64,000 nt of DNA. Source: an uncultured Planctomycetota bacterium. GTDB taxonomy: Bacteria > Planctomycetota > Planctomycetia > Isosphaerales > Isosphaeraceae. A program made the translations under genes and the position numbers. Location of the stretch: positions 256,001 through 320,000 of the forward strand of contig CAWJTV010000025.1 of assembly GCA_963845755.1 (NCBI GenBank). Direction: 5' to 3'. Positions 11,345 through 20,765 of the stretch are shown here, one piece after another (positions within the stretch are counted from its first letter, which is position 1; the number at the start of each line of letters is the position of its first letter). The notes beneath the pieces are model-generated. The model made no database searches and was not told the origin of the DNA. It saw nothing but the letters and a program-made list of their open reading frames with translations.

Positions 11345-11539
11345 TAGAGCGCCTCGCAGTTGGATTGCGCACGCCCCAGTGACGATGCGAATCCACCCCC
11401 CTGTATCCCCCTTTCGTAAGGGGGGAAAAGACAGGGGGCCGTTCCGCCCCAATATCTCCCCCCTTAACGAAGGGGGGATACAGGGGGGTTCTTCGGGAGC
11501 GGACTTCGAGCGTGCGCCATCCAACGGTTAAGCGCTCTA
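11345..11539. mobile_element. MITE-like element 1 (~195 bp): 30-bp imperfect terminal inverted repeats enclosing a CCCCC-TTcgtAA-GGGGG double palindrome
   Basis: Left end TAGAGCGCCTCGCAGTTGGATTGCGCACGC; right end reverse-complemented TAGAGCGCTTAACCGTTGGATGGCGCACGC. Inner arms ccccctgtatccccctttcgtaagggggg and cccccttaacgaaggggggatacagggggg. Homologous inverted copy at 28804..28993. Confidence 0.75.
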
Positions 11540-11595
11540 GCAATCCATGCGCTTTGTCTCCCGACCTTCAACGGATCCGACCAGGAGAGAGCACC

Positions 11596-12489
11596 ATGAC
11601 CCCGATCGCGCGAAGAGCCTTCCTCAGCACGGCGGGCGCGACGCTCGCCGCCGCGGCGGTCTTGCCGGCGGCGGAAACAACGCCCGCGCCCGATGACGAG
11701 CCGGCCAAGAACCACTGGAAGAAAGCCTTCATGCTGGGCGGCGTGACCAAGGGTTCTCCCTTGCCCGCATTCCAGCTCTTGAAAGCCGCAGGATTCGAGG
11801 GGGTCGAGCTCATCAGCCCCAATCAGCTCGATCGCCGCGAGGTCTTGAGCGCACGCGACGAAACGGGCCTGGTCATTCATGGCGTCAGCGGGGCGCGTCA
11901 CTGGCAGGACCCGCTCTCCGACCCCGATCCTCGGGTCGTCGAGCGCGGGATGGCCGCCATCCGCCAGGAATTCGAAGATTGCAAGGCCTACGGCGGGACC
12001 ACCGTGCTGGTCGTCCCGGCCGTCGTGAACAAGAAAGTTGGCTACCGCGACGCCTACAAGCGGTCCCAGGAAAACATCCGCAAGCTGATCCCCGACGCCG
12101 AGAAACATGGGGTCAAGATCGCCATCGAGGAGGTCTGGAACAAGTTCCTGCTCAGCCCGATCGAGTTCGCCCGTTACATCGATGAATTCGAGAGTCCGTG
12201 GGTCGGAGCGTACTTCGATGTGGGCAACGTGGTCGAGTTCGCCTATCCGGAAGAGTGGATTCGCGAGCTGGGCAAGCGGATCCTCAAGATCCACATCAAG
12301 GAGTACGCCAAACGCAATCGGTTCAACTACCGACTGGGTGAAGGGAGGGAGATCGACTGGGCGGCCGTCCGCAATGCCCTGATCGCCGTTGGCTACGATG
12401 GCTGGATCACCGCCGAAGTCCCTTTCGGCGATCTTGAGGCCATGAAAGACGTGGTCGTTCGCATGAACCGGTTGCTGGAATTGGGCTAG
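11596..12489 (+). CDS. Tat-exported sugar-phosphate isomerase/epimerase (xylose-isomerase-like TIM barrel)
   Basis: AGGAG RBS. Twin-arginine signal ARRAFL. Motifs AGFEGVEL, IAIEEVWNKFLLSP, YFDVGN, IHIKEY, GYDGWITAE. Confidence 0.88.
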   Translation: MTPIARRAFLSTAGATLAAAAVLPAAETTPAPDDEPAKNHWKKAFMLGGVTKGSPLPAFQLLKAAGFEGVELISPNQLDRREVLSARDETGLVIHGVSGARHWQDPLSDPDPRVVERGMAAIRQEFEDCKAYGGTTVLVVPAVVNKKVGYRDAYKRSQENIRKLIPDAEKHGVKIAIEEVWNKFLLSPIEFARYIDEFESPWVGAYFDVGNVVEFAYPEEWIRELGKRILKIHIKEYAKRNRFNYRLGEGREIDWAAVRNALIAVGYDGWITAEVPFGDLEAMKDVVVRMNRLLELG

Positions 12490-12597
12490 TGCAATCAATC
12501 CGGGTAGATCGTCGAAGAATCTTGCATTTGGCGCGGCCCTTTTCCACCATGATGAAATAGAGAAGAGCCAAAGAACCCTGGGAATCGGGCTGACCCA

Positions 12598-13605
12598 ATG
12601 CTCGAATGCGCGAATGACGCGATCTTGCTGGAACGCTTTGCCCGAGGCCGAGAAGAGGCCGCGTTCGTGGCGTTGGTCCAGCGCCATGGGCCCATGGTCC
12701 AGCGAATCTGCCGTCGCATCCTCCGCAATGAACAGGATGTCGAGGATGTCTTTCAGGCAACCTTCCTGATCCTGGCCCGGAAGGCGGCGGGGATCGCCTG
12801 GCAGGACTCGGCGAGTGGATGGCTGAGTGCGGTCGCCCGTCGATTGGCGATGAATGTCCGATCAGGAGCCGCTCGGCAACGCAGGCAGGAAACCTCGATC
12901 ACGGCCTTGGCGGGCGGTCCGGCGAACGGCCACGGGCACTTGCCGGAGAAGTTCCATCCCGTCGTCGATGCGTCCGCCGAGTTGGAGCGGCGCGATCTGC
13001 GGCGGATCCTGGACGACGAATTGCGGCACCTGCCCGAAAAATACCGGGTACCGGTGATCCTGTGCTACCTGGAAGGCCGGACACACGAGGAGGCCGCACG
13101 GCAACTCGGCTGGCCGGCCGGCTCGATGTCGCGGAGACTGGATCGGGCGCGGCAGATGCTGCGTCGGCGACTGGCTCATCGCGGTCTGGCCATCGCGGCC
13201 ATTGGCCTGGTCTCGGCCGCGTTCTTCGCGGTCAGCATCGGACGAGTACCCGACCCATCGTCCGGCGCCGCGGTGGTCCAGAAGGCGATGGCGCCGTTCC
13301 GGGCGACTTCAGAAGGAGGCCAGGGCTTCGGTTCCCTGCTCTCCGTACTCGCCCAATCCGCAAACGCGCCGCGCGAACCTGGGCCTATCCTGCGGCTCGC
13401 GCGTCAGGCCGCCCAGACGGCCCAGGTTATCAAGGAACACGATCCGGGGGCCCTGAGCGCCGCGTGGCAGCAGTATGCGACCGAGATGGAACGCTCGGCC
13501 ACGGACCTGCACCAGGCTGCTCAGGATGGAGACCGACTCTTACTCGTCGCCGCCGCACGCCGGCTCGACGCGAGTTGCCTCCATTGCCATGAGGTTTTCC
13601 GATAA
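12598..13605 (+). CDS. ECF sigma factor fused to a TM helix and a C-terminal class II (c'/c556-like) cytochrome c domain
   Basis: Sigma region 2 (AFVALVQRHGPMV...EDVFQATFLILARKA) and region 4 (LPEKYRVPVILCYLEGRTHEEAARQLGW). Hydrophobic LAIAAIGLVSAAFFAVSIG. Helical domain ending ...AAARRLDASCLHCHEVFR*. Confidence 0.9.
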   Translation: MLECANDAILLERFARGREEAAFVALVQRHGPMVQRICRRILRNEQDVEDVFQATFLILARKAAGIAWQDSASGWLSAVARRLAMNVRSGAARQRRQETSITALAGGPANGHGHLPEKFHPVVDASAELERRDLRRILDDELRHLPEKYRVPVILCYLEGRTHEEAARQLGWPAGSMSRRLDRARQMLRRRLAHRGLAIAAIGLVSAAFFAVSIGRVPDPSSGAAVVQKAMAPFRATSEGGQGFGSLLSVLAQSANAPREPGPILRLARQAAQTAQVIKEHDPGALSAAWQQYATEMERSATDLHQAAQDGDRLLLVAAARRLDASCLHCHEVFR

Positions 13606-13663
13606 TTCATGAAACCATGGCTGAAGGAATCGCGCCGCCCACCCAACCGACAACATGGTTCGC

Positions 13664-14094
13664 TCGAGCGCTAAACCGTTCAGTCGAGCATCCCCCAGGG
13701 CGACGCGAAGACCCTGCTAAACACCAGGCTGAAAATAATTTGGGATTTTTTATCTGCCGCTGGGGCTGAGAGTTGGGGCGGCTCCCGGCCGAAATCCCCG
13801 CTAGGTGCATTCACGGTTTTCTAAAGTTGCGGCATCCTGAGAGTATGGCCCACGTGCGATCACTGCCGAGACGGACGCCCGGACTGCGCCTCCCGGTCCA
13901 GGTTGTCGTCGTAACCGAATATCTGCCAAGGAGATCGGGGAGGGCGATCCGGGAAAAAGATGTCCCATTGTGCCACGTGATGACACCCGCATCGGTCGGT
14001 GAGTCCCGGAGGGGACCTGCGGTCGGCCGGGTGGCCAGGTCGGGAGACCGTGCCCCAGCGCGGGGCGCGGGCCATTCAAGTGTGAGGCGCTCTC
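13664..14094. mobile_element. MITE-like element 2 (~430 bp, degenerate) with the same end family, containing a GGTCGGGAGACC-type REP-like hairpin
   Basis: Left tcgagcgctaaaccgtt...; right reverse-complemented gagagcgcctcacacttgaatggcccgcgc. Internal gacctgcggtc...gtggccaggtcgggagaccgtgcccc at ~14015-14057. Confidence 0.5.
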
Positions 14095-14321
14095 GTCGGC
14101 ATCGAACTTCGGGTTCGAACGATTGCGTGGTGCGAATCGTAAGATGGACGGGGGCGCTTTGCGCCTGGACGTCGGGGAGGTTGGGGACCACGAAGAGTCT
14201 GGTCCGCGGACTAGCGTACGACTAGAATGGTTGAGATGACCGACTCGACGCGACGTGGATCGAATCTCCCCGCCCCCGGTCCCTCCCTCGAAACCCTCAC
14301 CTCCGGGCAGGTGCGAACGAT

Positions 14322-16512
14322 ATGGCGACGGCCACCAAGAAGTTTCCTCCGGCATCGACTCCTCCACCGCAGCGTGCGGCGCGTACGCCGAAGCCGTCCC
14401 TGGTGGACCGATTCGTCAATGGGGTTGATGCGGTCTATCGGTTTCTCGCGTCGCTGAAACTGGCGGTGATCTCGCTGGGGACCCTGGCCGCGACGCTGGC
14501 CTACGCGACATTCTTCGACTCGTGGTACGGGACCGCGGCCGTGCGGGAGTATATCTACCGCGCACCCGGCTTTGCGATCTTGCTGGCGTTCCTGGGGATG
14601 AACATCCTGTGCGCGGCCCTGATCCGGTACCCGTGGAAGAAGCGGCAGACCGGTTTTGTGGTGACGCACGCCGGGCTCCTCATCATGCTGGCCGGCTCGT
14701 ACTACAGCGTCCGGACCGCCGACGAAGGACAGGTGGGCATGCTCGAAGGAGACCGCAAGGGCGAGCTGGTCCGCACCGACTATCCCGTGATCCGGGTCTG
14801 GGAGGTCAACCCGCACACCCAGCGTTACACGCGCGAGATCGACCTGCCGTTCCTGCCCGGCTCGTTCGCATGGGGGCCGGGCAAACCCCAGTCCCAAGGC
14901 GTCTTCGACCGGCTGGGCTCGACGCTCACCCTCGGTCTGGCCGGAACAACCCCGGTCACCGAGGAGGTCTTGAGCAAGCCGGGCGATCCGTTCCGGTTCG
15001 TGGTCAGGGAGCACCTGCCGTCATCGGCCCCCTCGAAGGAGCACGTCGCGGACCCTGACGGCGCACCCATGGCCCGCATCCGCGTCCTGTTCAAGCCACC
15101 CGGGGGCGCCCAGGAGATGGACGCATTCCCCTCCGACGGCGCCCAATGGTTCGCGACCGAGAAGAAGTTCTACCGGGTCACACGCGCGCCCATGGCCGGT
15201 GCTCCCGCCTTGATCACGTTCTCGGCCGTGGATCGGCCCGAGCTGGTCGCGGACTTCCTCAAACCTCCGGCGACGACCGGCAAGGAAGGGGTCGCACGCT
15301 TCCGCTACCCCGATCAATCCGGCCGCACCCGCGTCTTCGACTGGGCGCTGGATGGGCAGCAAGGCAAGTCGGTCAGCCTGCCGGAGAGCGATCTCAATGT
15401 CACGATGACCGAGCTCCTCGCGCTCCAACCCCAGGAATTCCGGCTGAATCGCTACCTGGGCGAGGATCCGCTCCCGATCGCCAAGTTCGAGGTTCGGCAC
15501 GGCGGCGGCGAGTTCGACCACCCACATGGCGATGGCGAACTTGCCGATGGTTCCTCCCGTCCTTCCCTCGCACGATCAGTCCGGTGCGGCCCCGAAGCCG
15601 CCGCTCGCGACGATCCATTACATGGTCAACCCGGTCATCGATCCCCAAACCAATGGCCGCTTCGGGCAGATCGACGTCCTGGCGGGTCCCGACGATTCGC
15701 TCTCATACCGCGTCTTCGGCCGGGGCAAGGACGGCCAGGGCGAGCTCCGTGCCGCCGGCGCGGTCACCAAGGGGACGCCGATCGTCGCCTTCGGTGGCAA
15801 TCCCAACATGCCGATGACGATTCGCTTCGAGGTCGACGAGTACCTGCCCGCGGGGATCGCCAGGGACATCTTTGTCCCCGTCGAGCTCCCGAAGGGGAAA
15901 AAGGATGAAGGGATCGGCGCCTGCCGGGTCGAGATGACCGTGGGCAACGAGACCAAGGAGCTCTGGCTCGAACGTTCGCTCAACCTCGAACCGCCGTCGC
16001 CGCAGATCGTCACGTTTCGCGATGCGGCCTACGCGATCGCCTACGATTGCGACCGCAAGCCACTTGGTTTCGAGCTGAAGCTCGACGATTTCGACGTCGG
16101 CTTCGAGCCGGGCACCGAGCAGCCGACCAAGTTCGTCAGCCATGTCCGGCTCACCGACAAGGCGGACGAGATCAAGGACGAGTCGCACACGATCTCGATG
16201 AACCATCCACTTTACCACAACGGATACACCTTCTACCAATCGCGATACGTTCCGGACCTGGACGAACACAAACAACCCAATGGGCGCTTCCAGTCGATCT
16301 TCCAGGTGGCCATCAACCCCGGCCGCCCGATCATCTATGCCGGCTGCATGATGGTGGTCCTGGGCGCCTTCCTCCAGTTCTACATGAGGGCGGGGATCTT
16401 CACGGATGGCGGCAAGCGGGAACGCGAACGCGCCGCCGCCAAGGCGAGTGCCAATGCGACCAAGGCCAAGGGGAAGTTGCTCCAGCAAGCCGAACAGACC
16501 GAGCGCCTTTAG
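14322..16512 (+). CDS. ccsB: Cytochrome c biogenesis system II protein, ResB/CcsB-like (frameshift at ~15515)
   Basis: N-terminal TMs (SLKLAVISL..., ...VVTHAGLLIMLAG with the conserved His) and a large periplasmic domain. C-terminal ISMNHPLYHNGYTFYQS...NPGRPIIYAG+TM. Joins ORFs 14322..15908 and 15526..16512. Confidence 0.85.
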
Positions 16513-16567
16513 GTCAGGCTTTCCAGCCTGATGACCAAGACCTGTCAGGCCGGAAAGCCTGACCTAC
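16510..16567. repeat. GTAG-type REP doublet (TAGGTCAGGCTTTCCAGCCTGA...TCAGGCCGGAAAGCCTGACCTAC)
   Basis: Long inverted repeat overlapping the ccsB TAG stop. Second copy of the same family at 61104..61164. Confidence 0.85.
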
Positions 16568-16593
16568 CCGAGCGAGCCGCCGGAGACTTGAAC

Positions 16594-19333
16594 ATGAGAC
16601 GTATTGCCAAACGACTCGCCGGTTTGATCCTGGCCGGCACGATGGTTGGTGGGCTTCCCGCGCGGGGCGACGAGGCTGTCAAACCGATGGGGGTCGGGAA
16701 CAGCTACGACCAGATCGGCAAGGTCGCGGTCATGCACCAGGGGCGGGTCAAGCCGCTCGACACCGTGGCCCGCGAGGAAGTCAAGCAGGTCTACAGCCGT
16801 GAGACGATCTCGCTTCGCGACCCCCGCGAGGAGGTCGAGAAGCTGCTCGATCCCGAGTCCTTCCACAAGCCGGGGGGCACGCAGTGGACGGTCGAGAAAT
16901 GGGGGCCGGTTGGCTCCTTCCTCGGCTGGACCGTGCGGCCCGAGTTCTGGGACGATCAGCCGTTCATCCTCGTCGATTACCTGCCGTTGCGGCGCCTGAT
17001 CGTGGCCGGACCACTCGAGGCACGGCTCAAGGCGATCGCCGAGAAGCCGACGACCTCCGCCGAGGATAAGGCGGTGTTGCTGAAGCTCGCGGCCGATCGC
17101 GAGCCGACGGCCACCACCCTGATCGAGTTCGCCCGCGGTTCCAAGCTGCCGGTCGAGGATCGCCGCTTCATCGCCGAGCTCGCGGTCAAGCTGACCGAAG
17201 AGCACAAGTGGCTCACTCCGCGCGAGCTGGAAGAAGCGACGATCACCGTCAAGGGCGAGCCCCAGCCGTTTCGGAGCTGGGTCATGGCCATGAGCGAGCA
17301 GCAGCGGAAGTTCCACAACGATCCGACCTCCGTCGAGCGTCCCACCGAGATCGAGCGCCGCGCGGTCGAAGCGGCCCAACGGTTGATGACCTATCAGGCT
17401 TACAGCGAGGACCAGTTCCGGACCAACGGACTGATCCTGATCGTGCCCCGTCCGTCCGATGCGAAGTACCTGGCCTACACGGCCAGGACGGTCACCGAGG
17501 CGCGCAAGCCCGATGCGCACGTTCGACGATCTGCCGTTGATGAAGCTCGACGCCCTCAAGGCGATCGCCACCTACTGGAACTTCATCCCGCGCGAGGAGC
17601 ACAAGACGCCGACGGAAGACAAGGAGGCCGACGAGAAATTCACGGCCTGGTTGCGGGAAAGCTCGACCTGGGTCCCACTCAAGGTACTCTTGAAGTCGAA
17701 GCCTGAAGAGCTGGTCGAGGCGGGCTACTCCGAGGGGCTGGTCCGATCGTTCCTGACCGCGTATCGCGATCTGGAGCAGGCCGAGACCCGCGCTCCCGGC
17801 CAGGTCTCCGAGGCGGTGGCGACCAGCTTCTTGACGGCCTCCCGATCCCTGGGCGAGGCGGCCTCGACGGCCTATCCCACCATCCCGACGATCGAGCGCG
17901 AGACTTATTTCAACGCCACCAACCCGTTCTGGACGGCGCCGTTCGCCTATGGTGCCGCGGTGATGCTGCTGGTGGTGGGCCTGGCGTTCGCGTCCACGAC
18001 ATCCAAGGGATCGCTGGGCGGTCGCGTGGGCCTCGGCATTTATGGCCTGGGAATGCTCGGCCTGTTGAGCGGGATCGCCCTGGAGATCTGGGGCTTTTAT
18101 TTCCGGGTGCGGATCACGGGCTGGGCACCGGTGACGAACATGTATGAGACGGTCATCTGGGTCGCCCTGGTGGCCGCGGTCCTGTCGGTGGTCTTCGAGG
18201 CGATCTTCCGCCGAGTGTACTTCGCGCTGGCCGGCTCGGCCGTCGCGCTGCTGGGCACGCTCACGGCGGCGAACGTCCCGCTCCTGGACCCGAGCATCAA
18301 GAGCCTCCAGCCGGTGCTACGGAGCAACCTCTGGCTGACGATCCACGTGCTGACCGAGGTCTCGAGCTACGCGGCGTTCGGGCTGGCCTGGATGCTGGGC
18401 CTGATCGCCACCGCCTTCTACTTGACGGCCACCTACCGACGGTCGCCGCGATTCGGCGAGCTGGCGCTGTTGCTGATCCCCGGCCTGCCGCTGGCGATCG
18501 TGGGCGGGGTTGGCGTCGCGGCCTCCTACGGGCTCTTCGGCCCGCAATGGGTGGTCCCCGACCTCCTGTTCTATGTCTTCGCGGTCATGGGTCTGCTGGG
18601 AGGCATGATCTCGCTGGCCGCCGTGTTGGCGCTGCTCGGTGAAGTCGTCGCCCGGCTCATGTTCCGCGACGAGGTCAACCGGACGGACGACACGGAGCCA
18701 CCCGCCTGGGAGCCCGAGGACTTCGCGGGCGAGCCTTCGGCGCTCGGATCTTCCGACCATGAAGGCGGCGTGGCCACGATGGTCAAGCCGACGCTCGCCG
18801 CACTCCGGGCGCGGGCCACCACGACCAAGGTCCAGCTCGACGCGCGCGGGCTGGCCATGCAGCGCACGGCGGCGACGGTCAAGCCGCTGTCCAACTTCAT
18901 TTACCGGACGATGCAGGTCGGGGTGCTCTTGATCGCGGCCGGGACGATCCTGGGCGGCGTCTGGGCAGACTATTCCTGGGGCCGGTTCTGGGGGTGGGAT
19001 GCCAAGGAAGTCTGGGCGCTGATCACCCTGCTCGTCTACCTGATCCCGCTCCACGGCCGCTTCGCCGGCTGGGTCAATACCTTCGGTCTCGTATTCGCTT
19101 CGGTCTTCTGCTACCTCTCCGTGGTCATGGCCTGGTACGGCGTCAACTTCGTCCTGGGCGTGGGCTTGCACAGCTATGGCTTCGTCGAAGGCGGCTCGCA
19201 GGGTGCCATGAGCGTGATCCTCGCGGGCATCCTGGCATTCCCCGTCGGCGCCGCCTGGCGACGCCGGTTGGGATATCGCCCGATGTTCACGGAGCCCTCA
19301 ACCGGCTCCGGCGAGCCTGAGACCCTGGGCTGA
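16594..19333 (+). CDS. ccsA: Cytochrome c biogenesis heme exporter/lyase CcsA/ResC with large N-terminal periplasmic domain (frameshift at ~17515)
   Basis: Signal peptide, HQGRVKPLDT, GWAPVTNMYE, LQPVLRSNLWLTIHV, WWD domain WADYSWGRFWGWDAKEVWAL, GLHSYG. Joins ORFs 16531..17706 and 17459..19333. Confidence 0.93.
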
Positions 19334-19853
19334 ATCGACCGAACTTTCTCGATGAGCGATCTCCGTCCGACCCCTGGTTTGTGCACGCATCTTGAGGCAA
19401 TCCGAGCGCGAAATCGCCCGGAGTCGTCCACCTGATAACCGGTGGGGCGGCCGAACCTTCAATTCATCGGCGTCAAGATTATGCATATGAGATGTCAATA
19501 TTATTATTTATTTTATTAAAAATATAAAAATCAGTAGACAGATCTCGGCTGGAGGCGGGACGCCGAGATCCGGGCGGACGTTCCCCCTTGGGGTTTGTCA
19601 CGGACGACAGACGTGGGGGGAATATCCACCGCGAGCGAGAAGTCGCTCGACTTTGATCCACCTGGACACCATTAACCTACTCCGTTACGCCCGGACCACG
19701 GACTCGAACTTCAACCTTCCCTCCCTTGAGCACCTCGACGAGCTTCTGATAGCGAGATGAGCGTGCAACCGGCCCGTCTCCTGGACTCGTCTACCAGGCG
19801 TCTATGAACATCTGAAAGGTTAGTTGAACCGACCGTCATTGGTGAGGTCGTAC

Positions 19854-20015
19854 GTTAACTTTCGGGCAGGTCAGGAAGAAGGCCGTCATGGCAAAGGGTT
19901 TGGAACGGTCGTAGCCTTTGGCGAATTCGTCCTGGAGTCGCCGGGAGAGCTCCTCGATGACGCGCTTGCCGTGTTCGGATCGTTCCTGCCCGGCCTGTTC
20001 TTCCTCAACGATGAT
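19854..20015 (-). pseudogene. Remnant of a DUF1016/YhcG-family N-terminal domain
   Basis: Translates IIVEEEQAGQERSEHGKRVIEELSRRLQDEFAKGYDRS...AFFLTCPK, resembling the family motif IVEEEQxGxxRAxYGxxLIxxLSxxLxxEFGKGF. No start or C-terminal nuclease domain present. Confidence 0.65.
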
Positions 20016-20138
20016 TTTGACCCGGGGTCCAACTTGACCTGGGGTCCAACTTGGGTTTTCCTGTCCAGAATCGGCGTCGGAGCGCAGTCTAATCCCTAGA
20101 TCGATTCGAACGGCGCAGTTTGCCTTTCGGGGGATGGC

Positions 20139-20765
20139 ATGGATCAGGGTCGGGTTGAGGAAACCGGGACCGATCGCGTCCAATGGGGCCAGTTCCTCTC
20201 GGCCCATCGCGACCGCCTTCGGCGGATGGTGGCTCTGCGGCTGGATCAGCGTTTGCGCGGTCGGATCGACCCCTCGGACGTGATCCAGGAGGCGTTCGTG
20301 GAGGCTATCGAGCGACAGTCCGAGTATGAGCGCCAGCCGGATGCCATGCCGCCGTTCTTATGGCTGAGATTCCTGACGCTCCAGCGGTTGCAGCTCTTGC
20401 ATCGCCGACAGCTCGGGACTCAGGCCCGGGACGCCAGCCGCGAGGTGTCGATCCACGGCGGAGCCTTCCCGGCGGCGAGTTCGGCCGCACTGGCGGCGCG
20501 GCTGCTGGGCCACGACACCCGCCCCAGCGAGGCGGCCATCCGCGTCGAGCGCACTCAGCGGCTCCAGAAGGCCCTCGATGAGATGGACGCGATCGACCGG
20601 GAGGTGCTAGTGCTGCGGCACTTCGAGCAGCTCGGCAACGGCGAGTGCGCGCGGGTGCTAGAATTGAGCGAGTCGGCGGCGAACAAGCGCTACATCAGGG
20701 CCTTGAGACGGCTCAAGGCGATGCTCGCGGCCCTGCCGGGCGGAGAGAAGGAGGTCTGGCCATGA
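20139..20765 (+). CDS. ECF sigma factor, planctomycete kinase-associated type
   Basis: HRDRLRRMVALRLDQRLRGRIDPSDVIQE; DREVLVLRHFEQLGNGECARVL...RYIRAL. Stop overlaps the kinase start (ATGA). Confidence 0.92.
   Translation: MDQGRVEETGTDRVQWGQFLSAHRDRLRRMVALRLDQRLRGRIDPSDVIQEAFVEAIERQSEYERQPDAMPPFLWLRFLTLQRLQLLHRRQLGTQARDASREVSIHGGAFPAASSAALAARLLGHDTRPSEAAIRVERTQRLQKALDEMDAIDREVLVLRHFEQLGNGECARVLELSESAANKRYIRALRRLKAMLAALPGGEKEVWP

Noticed and set aside
19677..19755. Minus-strand coding-like fragment RYQKLVEVLKGGKVEVRV...
   Set aside because: Too short to assign. May be a second gene remnant, but unsupported.
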